Of a stretch of 64,000 nucleotides of DNA, positions 18,734 to 29,759 are shown piece after piece. A program made the position numbers and the translations under genes. The stretch spans positions 5,202 to 69,201 of the IMG/VR virus record IMGVR_UViG_3300002933_000006; one strand, 5' to 3'. Each line of letters starts with the position of its first letter. Position 1 is the first letter of the stretch. A model generated the notes under the pieces. It searched no databases, was not told the origin of the DNA, and worked only from the letters and a program-made list of their open reading frames with translations. Source of the stretch: a virus.

Positions 18734-19624
18734 TTAACTTAAAGTTACGTTGGCCCATTTGGTGCCGTTATATACTTGAATATTACCTGTAGTATAGTTA
18801 TATACTGTCATGCCAGGTTTAACTGGTGCGATAGTGTTTATCTGTGTTGTGGTTAAATTTGCAAATTGTATAGCATTGGACAATGTAACAAATCCAGTAT
18901 TTGTGATAGTCATGGCATCAGTGGCGCCGGATCCTACAACAAAGTGAATATTACCTGAACTATATGTACCTAATGCTAAGTCAGTAGTTGCACTTGCTAG
19001 ATATACCATTCCTGATGTACTAAATGCGCCGGATCCAGTAAAAGTACTTGAGTTCATACCAAACTCACCGTAGTTAGTTGTAGCTGTACCTAGATTGTTG
19101 CTTACATTAAAGTTTGTACTAGCATTGGTTGCGGCATTTTGATTTTGCAAAATCAATTGATTATACCCGGCAGTACTACTTGCAATGGTCCCAATAATAC
19201 CAGTATCGGTATACCCAATTGGTGTGCCAATACTCAAGTTACCGGCTAAGTTGATGTTACCACTAACGCCAACCCCACCAGTGACAATTAATGCACCAGT
19301 ATAAGCATTGCCGGACATCGCCCCACTTTTAATATAAACTTCGGTTGATAATGGGAATACAACATCGCCTATACCATCTGGATTAATGGTAATATTACTA
19401 CCACTACCGGCCGGGCTAATAATAGTATTTGTTATTACATTACCTTGAACTGTTATATTTCCTGCGTAATTATTAGTGGCCTGCAATGTAGAAATTTCGC
19501 TAGCTGCGATAGTAAAGTTATTTCGTATATGTTGATAATTGGTTCTAAAACCCTGTGTATCGTTATCCTGTCCAGCAATTGGAAAGGTTATATCTATGTT
19601 TGATGGGTTAATTAGTGACGTCAT
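18734..19624 (-). CDS. Virion structural (tail fibre-like) protein
   Basis: N-terminus FPIAGQDNDTQGFRTNY; TGALIVTGGVGVSGNI beta repeat; C-terminal GMTVYNYTTGNIQVYNGTKW. Confidence 0.75.
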   Translation of the reverse strand: MTSLINPSNIDITFPIAGQDNDTQGFRTNYQHIRNNFTIAASEISTLQATNNYAGNITVQGNVITNTIISPAGSGSNITINPDGIGDVVFPLSTEVYIKSGAMSGNAYTGALIVTGGVGVSGNINLAGNLSIGTPIGYTDTGIIGTIASSTAGYNQLILQNQNAATNASTNFNVSNNLGTATTNYGEFGMNSSTFTGSGAFSTSGMVYLASATTDLALGTYSSGNIHFVVGSGATDAMTITNTGFVTLSNAIQFANLTTTQINTIAPVKPGMTVYNYTTGNIQVYNGTKWANVTLS

Positions 19625-19657
19625 TTTAAATTAAATACTCCGTGATATACTATTTAG

Positions 19658-22600
19658 TTAGGTAAAGGTACTATATTGAGGAAACTTCAAGTACTGTCCT
19701 TGATCGTCTGGGGCATAGTACTGATCTCTGAAATTAAAGAATCTAGTGGTATCTCCGTTAAATGAGGTTCTAGTAGTAACCGCGACCGATTGTACTTTGT
19801 ATATCGAATACGATGGTACATTTTGCCCAGGATTCAAAATTTGATTATAAAATAAAATAGATCCACCGTATGTACTACCAAATAAAATACGCAGGCGTTG
19901 GCTTGGGAGAATTTCTAATATTGGTAGTAAAACTACAAAATCATTGATAATTTTAATTTGCCAAATACCACCACGTTGATTTATACTTGATCTAATCTCA
20001 ATATTGGGACTAGCAATCGGTGCACTAGGCGGGGTATTAAATATTAGACTATTACCAACTACTGAATATTGATTACCGGTTTGAACTTGACCATTGACTA
20101 CTACGGTTATTGAAACCACACTAGTTTCGGCCTGGCTCATAGTAAATGTACTCTGCACATTATTTCCAGTAAATTGGTCTTGAGTAGAACTGCCATTGTG
20201 ATAGACTACAATATTTTTTGTATTTGGTGGAACTGTAGGAATAGGCGGTGGTGTAACAAATGTAATACTATTAGTTCCTATAGTATAGCTACTTGCAGAT
20301 TGCAACAATCCATTGATATATACATTTACACTTTTGCTATTTGGCGTAATATTAAACTGTGTAGTTAATCCATCCCCGGTATACAGAATACCAGTTTGCG
20401 AGCTTTCTGTATAGCCAGGCACAATATTATAAGTATCATATCCTTCGGCATCGTATCCTTCGATTGGTACAGTTAAAATACTATCGCCAATCCATGCATC
20501 TGTATAGTCAACCCAACCATCGTATGCTCCGGCATTTTCAAAATTTTCTTGTTTGGCAAATATTATAGTATCGCCATCTTGAAAGTTAGTGACTCCATCT
20601 AATCCGCCATTGGCATTGATATAGCTAACAAGTCTTCCGTTAATTTGATTAAACGGAACAGTCACAGCATAACTAACAGAAGCAACTAATGTTCCAATAT
20701 TTTGATTTGGTAATACATCAAATGTAGTTTCTCTACCTAAATCAAATCGTTTGGTTGTTGTATTAAAGTTTGTTGTATAGAAATCATCAACAATATATCT
20801 ATCAACTGTGAAATTAATACGGTTAAAATTGATTCCCGAATTACGCAATCTATATGCAATTAATTTAGCAGCGCCAGGAATAGTATATGCTAAAACTACA
20901 GCTTTAGTAAATCCCAATGGTGGTGCAAATTTGTTTATATTAGTTGTGTCTGGCTGATTACTAGTCATCCAATTTGGTAAACTACTTTGATCGTAATATC
21001 CAACATTGCTAATTAATTGTTTAACCATATTATCTGAACTGTTTGGATATATAATTTTATAATTGTTTCCATTGGCATCTATATAAGGGTTTGTTATTGT
21101 ATTCGTTAAATCCAGCGGTGACACTGGTCCAATACCACTTGAGTTTTCCTCAGGGTCAATGACATTAACATAAACTACTTCATACTTAACATTGTAATTA
21201 CTATCCAATGCAACGGCTGTACTTATATCACCAAAGGTATATGTTTTAGTATAATGATTTTTAATAATAGCATTAGCATACGTAGACATGTCGTCTGGAT
21301 TTAATCCAGGTAAAAATAACATTTCGATATCGTCACTAACACCAAACCAAGCATCATCGGGGCGATAAATTAATTCAGGTACAAAAATTTCAGTGTTGTT
21401 CATTACACTATTAAAGATCTGTCTTTGATCAGTTGCAGGCATTGCTTTTAAATAGAGATTATTGTATGGCGCAATATCGATGATATTAAGAGTTAGAGTA
21501 AATTCTCGAGTTGACGTAGCACTTGGTGGAGTTAATATACTACCATCACTACCATATACAGTATCTGCTGTAGCAACTTCTACAGTAAATTTATAAACTC
21601 GGTCCAATGTAAATGTATCTCCGTCGATTGTAGTAGCATAATCATCTAAGCTAAAAGCTTCAAATGTTACTCGCCCGGACAGCAAACCTAAATATCTATT
21701 GTTTTGTTTAGATGTTATTAATTCAATCCCTTGAGGCAACCTAATAGGAATTCCAGCAGCATCAAGCAAAGTATACACAAGTGGTTTACCTTCGATGCTA
21801 ACGGCTTCGATGAATAACTCACTAACAGACCCATTGTCTATAGTTCCTAAATTTTCAGGAGTAACCCAATTGATATTATTGTTTACATCGCCGAGTACCG
21901 GCAAACTGAAATAATATGGAACACTGGAATATTTAATACCATTTCTAGTTTTACTTACAACAATACCAAATCTGTAATTTGAAAATGATGAGCTCTGTGT
22001 ATTTAATAATCCGTATACCCACCCAGTTTGAGAATCTAGTAGTACCCCAGGTAAATTAGTTTTCGATGTTCCGCTAGGATCAAAGCTATCAAACCCGATA
22101 CCGGTACGCGGAGTACCAAGTGTACCTTCCGATTCGGGTGTACCGCCTGGGCCAGTACCATTATTATCAAAACCTTCATCGGCACCAGTTACGTAAGCAT
22201 CAAAGGTACCTACTGTATTTGATAAACTATATGTTAGTGTGTCGCCTTGGAAATCAAGCCCGGTAAATTTAAATGCGTAGTAGCTTCCACCTCTACCAAC
22301 AGGTAATGTAGTAACAGTATTCAATAATACAGGAATGTAATTATTAGTTGCATCAACTAGTAAGAATGTATTATCTGCACTAAATTGTGTATTGTCAGCT
22401 GTAAAGCCTGTTCTACTAACAACATTAATTATATAGTTTTGTAAATCGTAGTTAGCACCATCAAATGCACGAATTGTAAAACTATAACTTAACGTTTGGC
22501 TCAATTGATTAAAATCATATGGCCCAAAGTCGTATTCTTGTTTAACTGTTAATCCGCCTTCACCAACATATTGAGATATAGTACCGGTACCCGGATTGGG

Positions 22601-23803
22601 TAAATCTTGACCATTATGAATAGCAGTAAATATTGTACCGACCGTATTTGTTGTTGCTCCATATAAAGTAAAATCGGTTGTGCCTAAACTTTGTATTTGG
22701 TATTGTTGTCCAAATACAAGATATGGGGCAGAAATAACCATATTGTATATACTTGCAGTACCAGTACCAGTACCAATAGCAGTAGCCGTAAATACTGTAC
22801 CAACAATGTTATCTGTCGCTCCAACTGTTTTAAAATTTGTTGTTCCTATGCTACTAATTTGATAGACTACATTCGCTACTAGTGAACTAGCAGGAACAAT
22901 ATTATCACCAGTGCCGGCATCATACCCGGATGGCCCAAATTGGCTTTCTATTACAGCTGGTAGTATGTATCCACTTAACAAACCTGTTGAGTCTAATGTA
23001 ATACCTGGTGGCAACATACCAATGTTAGACCAAGTTATGATAGTATTAGGATTTGGTTCTACTACAGTTAATTGCTGACTGTAGTAGCTACCATCAAAGA
23101 ATGATCCTAAATTTTTAACATTTGCACTAAATGGTTCAATGACTGGACCAAACACGTTAGTTATGCTTAAACTAAATGCTCTATCTCTAATATGTCCTTG
23201 ACTACTTGTTGCTCTTATTGTAAATCTAAAATCTTGTGCAGTATTTGTTGTAATTGCAGTTGTTAAAGTTGGAACTCCTTGTAGATACCCAATTGAAGTT
23301 GGGACACCATTTACGGTACCAGTGGCAACTACTTGCATCCCGGGAGGTAACTCGCCAGAAATAAATTTAAATGTAGTAGTAACATTAGCCTGTGTTTCAG
23401 CAACCTCCAATGGTAACTGATAAAATTCACCATTCGGTACAGTACCCAACGATCCACTAGGTGTTACCCATGAAAAATCTGCATTTACAACGTTTGTAAT
23501 TATTAAACTAAAACTTCTATCAACTGGGGTTAAATTATTACTAGTAGAAAGTCTAATTATAAAATTATAAGTTAGTGTAGTAAAGTTATTATTACTAGGA
23601 GTGCTATACCCAGGTGTACCAGAAATAACACCTGTTGCAGAATCGAGAGTTAACCCAGGAGGTAGCTCACCGCCGATGAGTGTATAAGTTAGAATGCCAC
23701 CATTATTAGTAGTATCTACTGCTAGTAATGTAACCGATTCTAATAGACCAATTGGTAAATTACCAATTGTGCCCGACGGAGTAACCCAACTTAGTTGTGC
23801 CAT
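19658..23803 (-). CDS. Large virion protein with putative Ig-like (He_PIG/cadherin-like) repeats
   Basis: Repeated WVTPSG.LG and G.LPPGL.L...G.ISG.P ... FTIRA ... R.FSL.I units over 1381 aa. Confidence 0.85.
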   Translation of the reverse strand: MAQLSWVTPSGTIGNLPIGLLESVTLLAVDTTNNGGILTYTLIGGELPPGLTLDSATGVISGTPGYSTPSNNNFTTLTYNFIIRLSTSNNLTPVDRSFSLIITNVVNADFSWVTPSGSLGTVPNGEFYQLPLEVAETQANVTTTFKFISGELPPGMQVVATGTVNGVPTSIGYLQGVPTLTTAITTNTAQDFRFTIRATSSQGHIRDRAFSLSITNVFGPVIEPFSANVKNLGSFFDGSYYSQQLTVVEPNPNTIITWSNIGMLPPGITLDSTGLLSGYILPAVIESQFGPSGYDAGTGDNIVPASSLVANVVYQISSIGTTNFKTVGATDNIVGTVFTATAIGTGTGTASIYNMVISAPYLVFGQQYQIQSLGTTDFTLYGATTNTVGTIFTAIHNGQDLPNPGTGTISQYVGEGGLTVKQEYDFGPYDFNQLSQTLSYSFTIRAFDGANYDLQNYIINVVSRTGFTADNTQFSADNTFLLVDATNNYIPVLLNTVTTLPVGRGGSYYAFKFTGLDFQGDTLTYSLSNTVGTFDAYVTGADEGFDNNGTGPGGTPESEGTLGTPRTGIGFDSFDPSGTSKTNLPGVLLDSQTGWVYGLLNTQSSSFSNYRFGIVVSKTRNGIKYSSVPYYFSLPVLGDVNNNINWVTPENLGTIDNGSVSELFIEAVSIEGKPLVYTLLDAAGIPIRLPQGIELITSKQNNRYLGLLSGRVTFEAFSLDDYATTIDGDTFTLDRVYKFTVEVATADTVYGSDGSILTPPSATSTREFTLTLNIIDIAPYNNLYLKAMPATDQRQIFNSVMNNTEIFVPELIYRPDDAWFGVSDDIEMLFLPGLNPDDMSTYANAIIKNHYTKTYTFGDISTAVALDSNYNVKYEVVYVNVIDPEENSSGIGPVSPLDLTNTITNPYIDANGNNYKIIYPNSSDNMVKQLISNVGYYDQSSLPNWMTSNQPDTTNINKFAPPLGFTKAVVLAYTIPGAAKLIAYRLRNSGINFNRINFTVDRYIVDDFYTTNFNTTTKRFDLGRETTFDVLPNQNIGTLVASVSYAVTVPFNQINGRLVSYINANGGLDGVTNFQDGDTIIFAKQENFENAGAYDGWVDYTDAWIGDSILTVPIEGYDAEGYDTYNIVPGYTESSQTGILYTGDGLTTQFNITPNSKSVNVYINGLLQSASSYTIGTNSITFVTPPPIPTVPPNTKNIVVYHNGSSTQDQFTGNNVQSTFTMSQAETSVVSITVVVNGQVQTGNQYSVVGNSLIFNTPPSAPIASPNIEIRSSINQRGGIWQIKIINDFVVLLPILEILPSQRLRILFGSTYGGSILFYNQILNPGQNVPSYSIYKVQSVAVTTRTSFNGDTTRFFNFRDQYYAPDDQGQYLKFPQYSTFT

Positions 23804-23804
23804 A

Positions 23805-26039
23805 TTAAATAATCACCGCTGTAATAACTTTTTCGCCATCTTCTGTGTTTGTTTCGATTGCTTTAGCAAATACAGCCTGACCGTATGAGGTATCTGTGCC
23901 AACACTTACTGCAAATCCGGCATTGCCTGCAGTAACTAAGCTGTCGCCTTTAGTAACTGGACCATATACTTTAACCGGAATACGTCCTCTTAATGCAACC
24001 GGCAATCCACTTGCTTCGCTATTCATTAAGTATGCAGGGTTAGTAGAAACGGCACCTGCAACACGAGCATCTGCAAATATTGTAGTAGTTGTGATTTCTT
24101 GACTTCCACCAAATATAACAACAGTACCCGGCTCATAGACCGAATCAGTTGCATATATTTCTGCTAAGTCGGCGTATAATGCTGTAGTTGCTGTGGCAAA
24201 GACTGTATTAAATGCTGCACCAATGGCACCGATGTTGCCGGTACCGCTTGTACCACTGTGAGTAATACTTGGAACAGTAATGCCTGTAGTAGTTAGTGAA
24301 TTAAGACCAAAGTATGCTACTGTGTTAACGTTAGCACTTGTATAGAGACTTGTAATTTGTGTTTGCTGAGCGCCAGCATTGGCAAACAATGTAGTAATAT
24401 TATTTGTTGCTGTGCCTAAATTTGCATTAGTAGCAATTTGATACGCACCAATGTTTGCATTTGTACTGGCAATAGCCAATTGATGTCCGCCAATGTTTGC
24501 ATTAACAGAAATTTCATATGCGCCAACGTTAGCGTCTAGTGTATTTACGTGGGTATATACTGTACCGAGATTGGCACTAATTGTTTGTACTGCGGTATTG
24601 GACCAAGTTTCGTACGCACCAATGTTAGCATCTAATGTGTTTACGTGATTAAAAATTACACCAACGTTAGCACTATCTGCAATTTGATACGCACCGATAT
24701 TAGCAGATAATGTTTGTACCTGTCCAACAGTTGGAATACCGGTTAAGAAACTACCATCCCCTAAGTAATAACCAGAGCTTATGTTTCCGCTTACAATAAC
24801 ATTTCCTGCATAGGTATTAGCTGTAGATGTTAAAGTTGTAGCAGATATACTAAACAATCCGCTCATGGCTACACCAGTTGCTGTAATACTACTAGTAACT
24901 GTTAAATTTTGTATTCCGATACTAGTAGCACTGATGCCCGATGCATTCAATGTTGATCCATTTGTTAAACTCAAACCAGTCAATGTGCCAACGCTAGTAA
25001 TATTTGGTTGAGCAGCAGTTTGCACGGCTCCATATAACGATCCAACAAAACCACCTTGTGATGTTACATTACCAAAAACACCAATACCACCGTATGGTAC
25101 AACAATAGCACCAGTAAGATAGGAGATACTTGCTGCCGCCGACGGATACACAATATTACCAGTAATGAGAGCACTAGTACCATTATAAATTGCACCAATA
25201 CCGCCACTACTTGTAGTGATAACTTGACTGCCGCCAATATACATATTTGTAGTAGCGTTAACATTACCACCAACTGCCAAGTTGGCCGCAATGCCGGCAC
25301 CGCCTGCAACAATTAATGCACCTGTGGTTGTGCTTGTTGATTGAGTAGTGTTACTGAATAAGCCACTACCAAACTGTAAGTTACCGTATACCCCACCAAC
25401 AACAATATTATTACCCGATGTAGTATCTCTATCAGTAATCTTATAAATGAAGTTATTAGTTGTATATTGATGTCCAAAGAAAGCATAGGTATTAGCACCA
25501 TTATAATCGGATGTAATATTTCCTAGAATACCTGTATCTTGTAAGTCACCGACAAATGCGTTAGCATGGATCTTTAAAATACCTGCGTCAGTGGATTGTG
25601 AAATTTGATTAGTAGACACAGTTTGCAGAACATATAAGTTAGCAAAATGTCGGGTAGGACTACCAAGGTTATATACGCCATCAACAGTTGGAATAATATT
25701 TCCACTAACATAAGTATTACCGGCAAGATATGTTACGCCCGAACTATATAATCCTGCATTGGCAATAATATTAGCAGAGTAACTATTACCAGTAAAACTA
25801 GAAGTTGTACCAGTGGCATTGGCAATAAATGAATTGGTAATGTTACTGAATGTAGCTTGAAAATTAAACTCAACGTTAGCATTGGTCCAATCTTGATTAA
25901 ATTGTGATAGTTGTGCAGAAATATTACCAAAGTTACTATCAACTTTATTAAACGCATCGCGAATATTATCGCCAGTGCCATCATTGGGGCGAGTACCCTC
26001 ATTGATGTTTATAATTTGTCCATTATTCCAGAATGCCAT
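23805..26039 (-). CDS. Baseplate/tail fibre protein (T4 gp9/gp10-like N-terminus)
   Basis: INEGTRPNDGTGDNIRDAFNKVDSNF; TTTGALIVAGG, QPNITSVGTL; C-terminal YADLAE.Y..D..YEPGTVV domain. Confidence 0.8.
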   Translation of the reverse strand: MAFWNNGQIININEGTRPNDGTGDNIRDAFNKVDSNFGNISAQLSQFNQDWTNANVEFNFQATFSNITNSFIANATGTTSSFTGNSYSANIIANAGLYSSGVTYLAGNTYVSGNIIPTVDGVYNLGSPTRHFANLYVLQTVSTNQISQSTDAGILKIHANAFVGDLQDTGILGNITSDYNGANTYAFFGHQYTTNNFIYKITDRDTTSGNNIVVGGVYGNLQFGSGLFSNTTQSTSTTTGALIVAGGAGIAANLAVGGNVNATTNMYIGGSQVITTSSGGIGAIYNGTSALITGNIVYPSAAASISYLTGAIVVPYGGIGVFGNVTSQGGFVGSLYGAVQTAAQPNITSVGTLTGLSLTNGSTLNASGISATSIGIQNLTVTSSITATGVAMSGLFSISATTLTSTANTYAGNVIVSGNISSGYYLGDGSFLTGIPTVGQVQTLSANIGAYQIADSANVGVIFNHVNTLDANIGAYETWSNTAVQTISANLGTVYTHVNTLDANVGAYEISVNANIGGHQLAIASTNANIGAYQIATNANLGTATNNITTLFANAGAQQTQITSLYTSANVNTVAYFGLNSLTTTGITVPSITHSGTSGTGNIGAIGAAFNTVFATATTALYADLAEIYATDSVYEPGTVVIFGGSQEITTTTIFADARVAGAVSTNPAYLMNSEASGLPVALRGRIPVKVYGPVTKGDSLVTAGNAGFAVSVGTDTSYGQAVFAKAIETNTEDGEKVITAVII
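24400..24720 (-). repeat. Intragenic tandem repeat (xxxAN[IVL]Gxxxx, about 7-8 copies) in the fibre gene
   Basis: TLSANIGAYQI, TLDANIGAYET, TISANLGTVYT, TLDANVGAYEI, SVNANIGGHQL, STNANIGAYQI, ATNANLGTATN. Confidence 0.75.
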
Positions 26040-26114
26040 AGCTTTGATCCTTATATACGTTATTTATCGCATATAAGACAAAGCTGGTTTTTGGTTTGGA
26101 TTTAAGTGGGTAGT

Positions 26115-26438
26115 TTATACAGAGAAACTGCTACCGCACCCGCATGTAGATACAGCCTGCGGATTATTAATTACAAAGCTAGATCCCATTAATTCGTTTT
26201 TATAATCAATAGTGGCGCCAGCTAGATACTGCCCACTCATAGAATCGACTAGAAGTTTAACTCCATCAACGTCGAAGCTAAAATCATCTTCGTTTTGTTC
26301 TTCGTCGAGTGTAAAACCGTAACTAAAGCCGCTACACCCCCCGCCCTGTACAAATACTCGTAGATTTATTGCAGGGTTATTTTCTTCTGCAAGAATATCT
26401 TTAATTTTTAATTTCGCTGATTCTGTAATTGTTATCAT
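26115..26438 (-). CDS. erpA: A-type Fe-S cluster carrier (ErpA/IscA/HesB)
   Basis: [24 protein letters not shown]. Confidence 0.93.
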   Translation of the reverse strand: MITITESAKLKIKDILAEENNPAINLRVFVQGGGCSGFSYGFTLDEEQNEDDFSFDVDGVKLLVDSMSGQYLAGATIDYKNELMGSSFVINNPQAVSTCGCGSSFSV

Positions 26439-27001
26439 AATAGGTTACATTGGACTGTATACCAGTCAATAATTTTCCAGAAGTTATCAATGTACTCAGC
26501 TTTCTTTTCAGCATAATCTAGATTGTAAGCGTGTTCCCACATATCCAAAATGAGTACTATATCTGTACGAACTTCGTGGTTTTTGATTGTTTTGATTTTG
26601 CCAGACTTAGTTAAGTAAACCCAACCAGACCCTTGCAACTTCATTGCTTCTTCTTTAAATTGCTTTTTAAAGTCAATAAATGATTTAAAATTTTTATTAA
26701 TAAGATCGTTTACTTTGCCCACAGGACGATTGCCCTTTTCTGGAACGCTAGGAGTACCCGGTTTACCAAATTGTCCAAAATAAACAGTATGCAACCATGC
26801 TCCGGCACGATTAAACTCGTGGTCACCTTCGCCTTTGTTAAAACGGTCAACATAACCCTTGAACAGTTTACCATAGTGATATTCTATAGTTTTCTTGCTC
26901 ATTACTGGTGCCAATGCTGATTCAGAGTACCGTAACGGAATCTGAAAGAAAGTTTCCTTGCTTTTTGCTTCTAATAGGTTTAATGTATCGCGAATGTCCA
27001 T
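26435..27001 (-). CDS. Fe/Mn superoxide dismutase
   Basis: [18 protein letters not shown] and LDMWEHAY retain all four metal ligands; probable start MDIRD at 27001 just after ATAAATA. Confidence 0.9.
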   Translation of the reverse strand: MDIRDTLNLLEAKSKETFFQIPLRYSESALAPVMSKKTIEYHYGKLFKGYVDRFNKGEGDHEFNRAGAWLHTVYFGQFGKPGTPSVPEKGNRPVGKVNDLINKNFKSFIDFKKQFKEEAMKLQGSGWVYLTKSGKIKTIKNHEVRTDIVLILDMWEHAYNLDYAEKKAEYIDNFWKIIDWYTVQCNLL

Positions 27002-27005
27002 ACTA

Positions 27006-27224
27006 CTATTTATTGCGATAAACAACTCTTCCGCGGCTTAGATCGTATGTTGACATTTCAACATCTACTCGATCACCTAGTAATATGCGTATATTATTCT
27101 GTCTTAATCTCCCGCCAATTGTGGCAGTAATTTTGTGTCCATTTTCTAGTATTACACGAAACATAGCGTTTGGTAGGCATTCCTCAACAACGCCCGACAT
27201 TTCAATCATATCATCTTTAGCCAT
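27006..27224 (-). CDS. infA: Translation initiation factor IF-1
   Basis: [29 protein letters not shown] ... [24 protein letters not shown]. Confidence 0.95.
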   Translation of the reverse strand: MAKDDMIEMSGVVEECLPNAMFRVILENGHKITATIGGRLRQNNIRILLGDRVDVEMSTYDLSRGRVVYRNK

Positions 27225-27269
27225 TTAAATCCAGATTACATCTTTAAAAATTTTCATATACTTCTCCTT

Positions 27270-27668
27270 TTAACGTCGCATAGTACTTATCTCTACAGCC
27301 TCTTCATCGCTGAAAATAGGCACAGCATTACTTTTGTGCATAGTGCCAATACCTTTAACTTTAGTACCTGTGTACTCTTGATTGGCAGGAGTAGTGCAAG
27401 CTACCCATCCTGTGTCTTGACTGACAATCTTAGGAGTTTCTCGACCTGGTGGAGTTTTAGGTGCGCCCATTGACCAGTCACCTTTGCGCTTAGGTGCAGG
27501 TTTAGTATTACTAAATCTAGGTTTCATTCGATCAAATTCTTTGAGTTTGAGTTCCCAATCAAGTTTGCGCTGTTCGGCTTTATGTTTAGCTTCAGCCGAT
27601 TCCCATTTTTTTGGACCACGTTTTTTGCCAGTGGTACTAAGCCACGGTCCTTCGATATGCATTGTCAT
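27270..27668 (-). CDS. Conserved hypothetical phage protein
   Basis: YTGTKVKGIGTMHKSNAVPIFS motif. Confidence 0.75.
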   Translation of the reverse strand: MTMHIEGPWLSTTGKKRGPKKWESAEAKHKAEQRKLDWELKLKEFDRMKPRFSNTKPAPKRKGDWSMGAPKTPPGRETPKIVSQDTGWVACTTPANQEYTGTKVKGIGTMHKSNAVPIFSDEEAVEISTMRR

Positions 27669-27675
27669 AATAAGT

Positions 27676-27704
27676 ATTATACTTTATTGGGGTTTATTGG
27701 GCAA
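27676..27704 (-). promoter_or_regulatory. sigma70-type promoter
   Basis: TTGCCC-17 nt-TATAAT, ending 7 nt before the ATG at 27668. Confidence 0.6.
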
Positions 27705-28049
27705 GCGAGCGATTTGCGGTTCCCAATTATGTTTAGCACATAATATATGATTGGTAGATTCGAAATAAAAGATATGTTGCGGGAATCGTGTTTTAAGAAT
27801 ACTGATAATTTCTTGATCGGACTGCCCTTGTGCAAGGAACTTATGATTATCTTGATCGTACCAGTAATATATATCTCCCCGCTTTTCAATTTCAACTCTG
27901 TGTACTATTTCGTCTAAGTGTTTAAGTAACCGTCGCTCTAGTTCATCTGCGGTTGACGACAACCTGTTGGTTAATCCAAAAGTAACTTGCACAATGGCAT
28001 AAGTGCAAGCAATCCAAAGCAATAGTATTGTTGTGTCTTCAAATAACAT
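27684..28049 (-). CDS. Hypothetical protein with N-terminal transmembrane helix
   Basis: Hydrophobic residues 7-26; FLAQG motif. Confidence 0.7.
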   Translation of the reverse strand: MLFEDTTILLLWIACTYAIVQVTFGLTNRLSSTADELERRLLKHLDEIVHRVEIEKRGDIYYWYDQDNHKFLAQGQSDQEIISILKTRFPQHIFYFESTNHILCAKHNWEPQIARLPNKPQ

Positions 28050-28050
28050 A

Positions 28051-28707
28051 TTAATCCCAAAGTGTTCTAAAATATTTTCCGAATAATCTAAGTCCGTTTT
28101 CGATGCGTTTGTGATGCGCTTCTAAACCTGCTCGATCAACTTTTAACTTGTGTATACTTTTATTAAAGTCTTTTTCTTTATTACTTTCGCTGTGATCATA
28201 AAATTGCCTTTCGCCGTTGTCATCGTCTGCTAACTGCTCAAAAGTCCAAATAAGTTCGGTCATTACCCAGCTATAGCGAGCTTCTGCATAGTTGTCCCAA
28301 TCGTACTTATTCTTGATACCTTTACGAGCGCCAGGTGCAGTACTACGCAGTTCTTTTGGTACATCCTTATTGTCAACCCATCCATAACCATGCTTTTGCG
28401 TATTAAGTTTTAACAACATAGGATGAATAATAAGTGCAAGGGTACCATCCATGCCCCAGACATCGTAATTGTCGATCTTAATATACTGAGTACGCTTACG
28501 CTTACTTTGCACCCATTCACAAAAATTAGCTAACCAACTAGAGTCACCATTCTTATCTTCGGCTAACCATGTGCCAAAATCATGCACCCAGTCAGGCTTA
28601 CTCTTGATCCCATATTCGTCTGGTACTTTCTTAACCCAGAAGCATAGTATCTCGGCTATTTGATATGGACCGATCCAATTTACATACTTGCCGAGATACA
28701 CTTTCAT
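28051..28707 (-). CDS. Conserved hypothetical phage protein
   Basis: IKIDNYDVWGMD.TLA.II.PML ... GLRLFGKYFRTLWD. Confidence 0.8.
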   Translation of the reverse strand: MKVYLGKYVNWIGPYQIAEILCFWVKKVPDEYGIKSKPDWVHDFGTWLAEDKNGDSSWLANFCEWVQSKRKRTQYIKIDNYDVWGMDGTLALIIHPMLLKLNTQKHGYGWVDNKDVPKELRSTAPGARKGIKNKYDWDNYAEARYSWVMTELIWTFEQLADDDNGERQFYDHSESNKEKDFNKSIHKLKVDRAGLEAHHKRIENGLRLFGKYFRTLWD

Positions 28708-28708
28708 T

Positions 28709-28924
28709 TTATTTGTTGTTTAGCTTGTCGAGACGTTCATTGATTTCTGCTTGAATCTTAACATATTTGTAAGAGCTGAAGAAAAATACTGCTACCCCAA
28801 GTCCAATTATCACATTACCTATTCCAATTAATGTAGTAAGGACTGCAAATGCAAGTCCTGCACACACTGAAATACCAATTGTTTTTAGCAATTCTAAAAT
28901 TGCTTGTTTTGTATATTTTGTCAT
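28709..28924 (-). CDS. Small two-TM membrane protein
   Basis: Two hydrophobic segments; downstream of an early promoter. Confidence 0.65.
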   Translation of the reverse strand: MTKYTKQAILELLKTIGISVCAGLAFAVLTTLIGIGNVIIGLGVAVFFFSSYKYVKIQAEINERLDKLNNK

Positions 28925-28973
28925 ACTATTTTTCCTTATTCCGGAGTTATCATTGAGTTACTACTACAACTAC

Positions 28974-29002
28974 ATTATACATTATTGGGAATTAAAGGTC
29001 TA
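28974..29002 (-). promoter_or_regulatory. sigma70-type early promoter (repeat family)
   Basis: TAGACC-TTTAATTCCCAATAATG-TATAAT. Confidence 0.75.
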
Positions 29003-29237
29003 GCCACCTATATATAAGCGTCATTGCTTCGTCATTATTGATTGCATAGTATAAGGCTATGCTGTCCCGCATACCTAAATCGCCATCTGCGTTCATAATC
29101 TTATCTACTTCGGCGAAGTAGTTTAAGAACGCTTGTCCTAGTCTGTAGTCCGGAGTACTAAGTAATTGCCAAACATAGTGCTCCTGGAATTCAGCCCATT
29201 TTGCTTTGGATATTTTATATTGATTTGGATTAGTCAT
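28992..29237 (-). CDS. Hypothetical protein
   Basis: YRLGQAFLNYF motif. Confidence 0.65.
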   Translation of the reverse strand: MTNPNQYKISKAKWAEFQEHYVWQLLSTPDYRLGQAFLNYFAEVDKIMNADGDLGMRDSIALYYAINNDEAMTLIYRWLDL

Positions 29238-29275
29238 AATTTAATAAATACTTGTTTACTGGATTGGGATGTTAA

Positions 29276-29557
29276 ATGAATAATATATTTTTTAGTGGGT
29301 TAAGTGGTTTAAATATTGTAATTGGGTGTGCAATGTTTTTATTACTATTCACTGATATTACTAAAAATTGGAGTACCCTGGCTCGAATCGGGTTTTATAC
29401 CATGTCTCTTGGTTTACTAGGACAGGCCATTTATGTTATTGCTGGCACGTCTCTAGAAGCACCAATCTGGGAACAACTATGGATATTTAAAGATTTAGGA
29501 GTAGCCATTTTTACTTTTGATTTAATTATACAGTTTATATCAAGGCATACCAAATAG
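29276..29557 (+). CDS. Small three-TM membrane protein (holin-like candidate)
   Basis: Three hydrophobic segments and a basic C-terminus; ATAAATA upstream; counter-oriented to neighbours. Confidence 0.5.
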   Translation: MNNIFFSGLSGLNIVIGCAMFLLLFTDITKNWSTLARIGFYTMSLGLLGQAIYVIAGTSLEAPIWEQLWIFKDLGVAIFTFDLIIQFISRHTK

Positions 29558-29561
29558 GTAT

Positions 29562-29759
29562 TTATGCCCATTTCAACTGAAATATCATTGCATCCGATTC
29601 TTCTTTAAAAGCAAAATCTATTAGCCGGGTGTTATTGGGGTGCATATCTGAACCAATATAACTTGCACACCGGTCCATTGCCCATTCTTGCATTTCAGAA
29701 AACCGAAGATCAAACTTCGCTGGGATTATTGTTTCTCTGTTGACAGTGACTATATGCAT
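29562..29759 (-). CDS. FxLxW-terminal family protein (array 2)
   Basis: Ends FKEESDAMIFQLKWA. Confidence 0.75.
   Translation of the reverse strand: MHIVTVNRETIIPAKFDLRFSEMQEWAMDRCASYIGSDMHPNNTRLIDFAFKEESDAMIFQLKWA

Noticed and set aside
26435-27001. SOD as an inactive pseudo-enzyme because KHH is replaced by KLF
   Set aside because: All four metal ligands are retained and only second-shell residues differ, so inactivity cannot be claimed from sequence.
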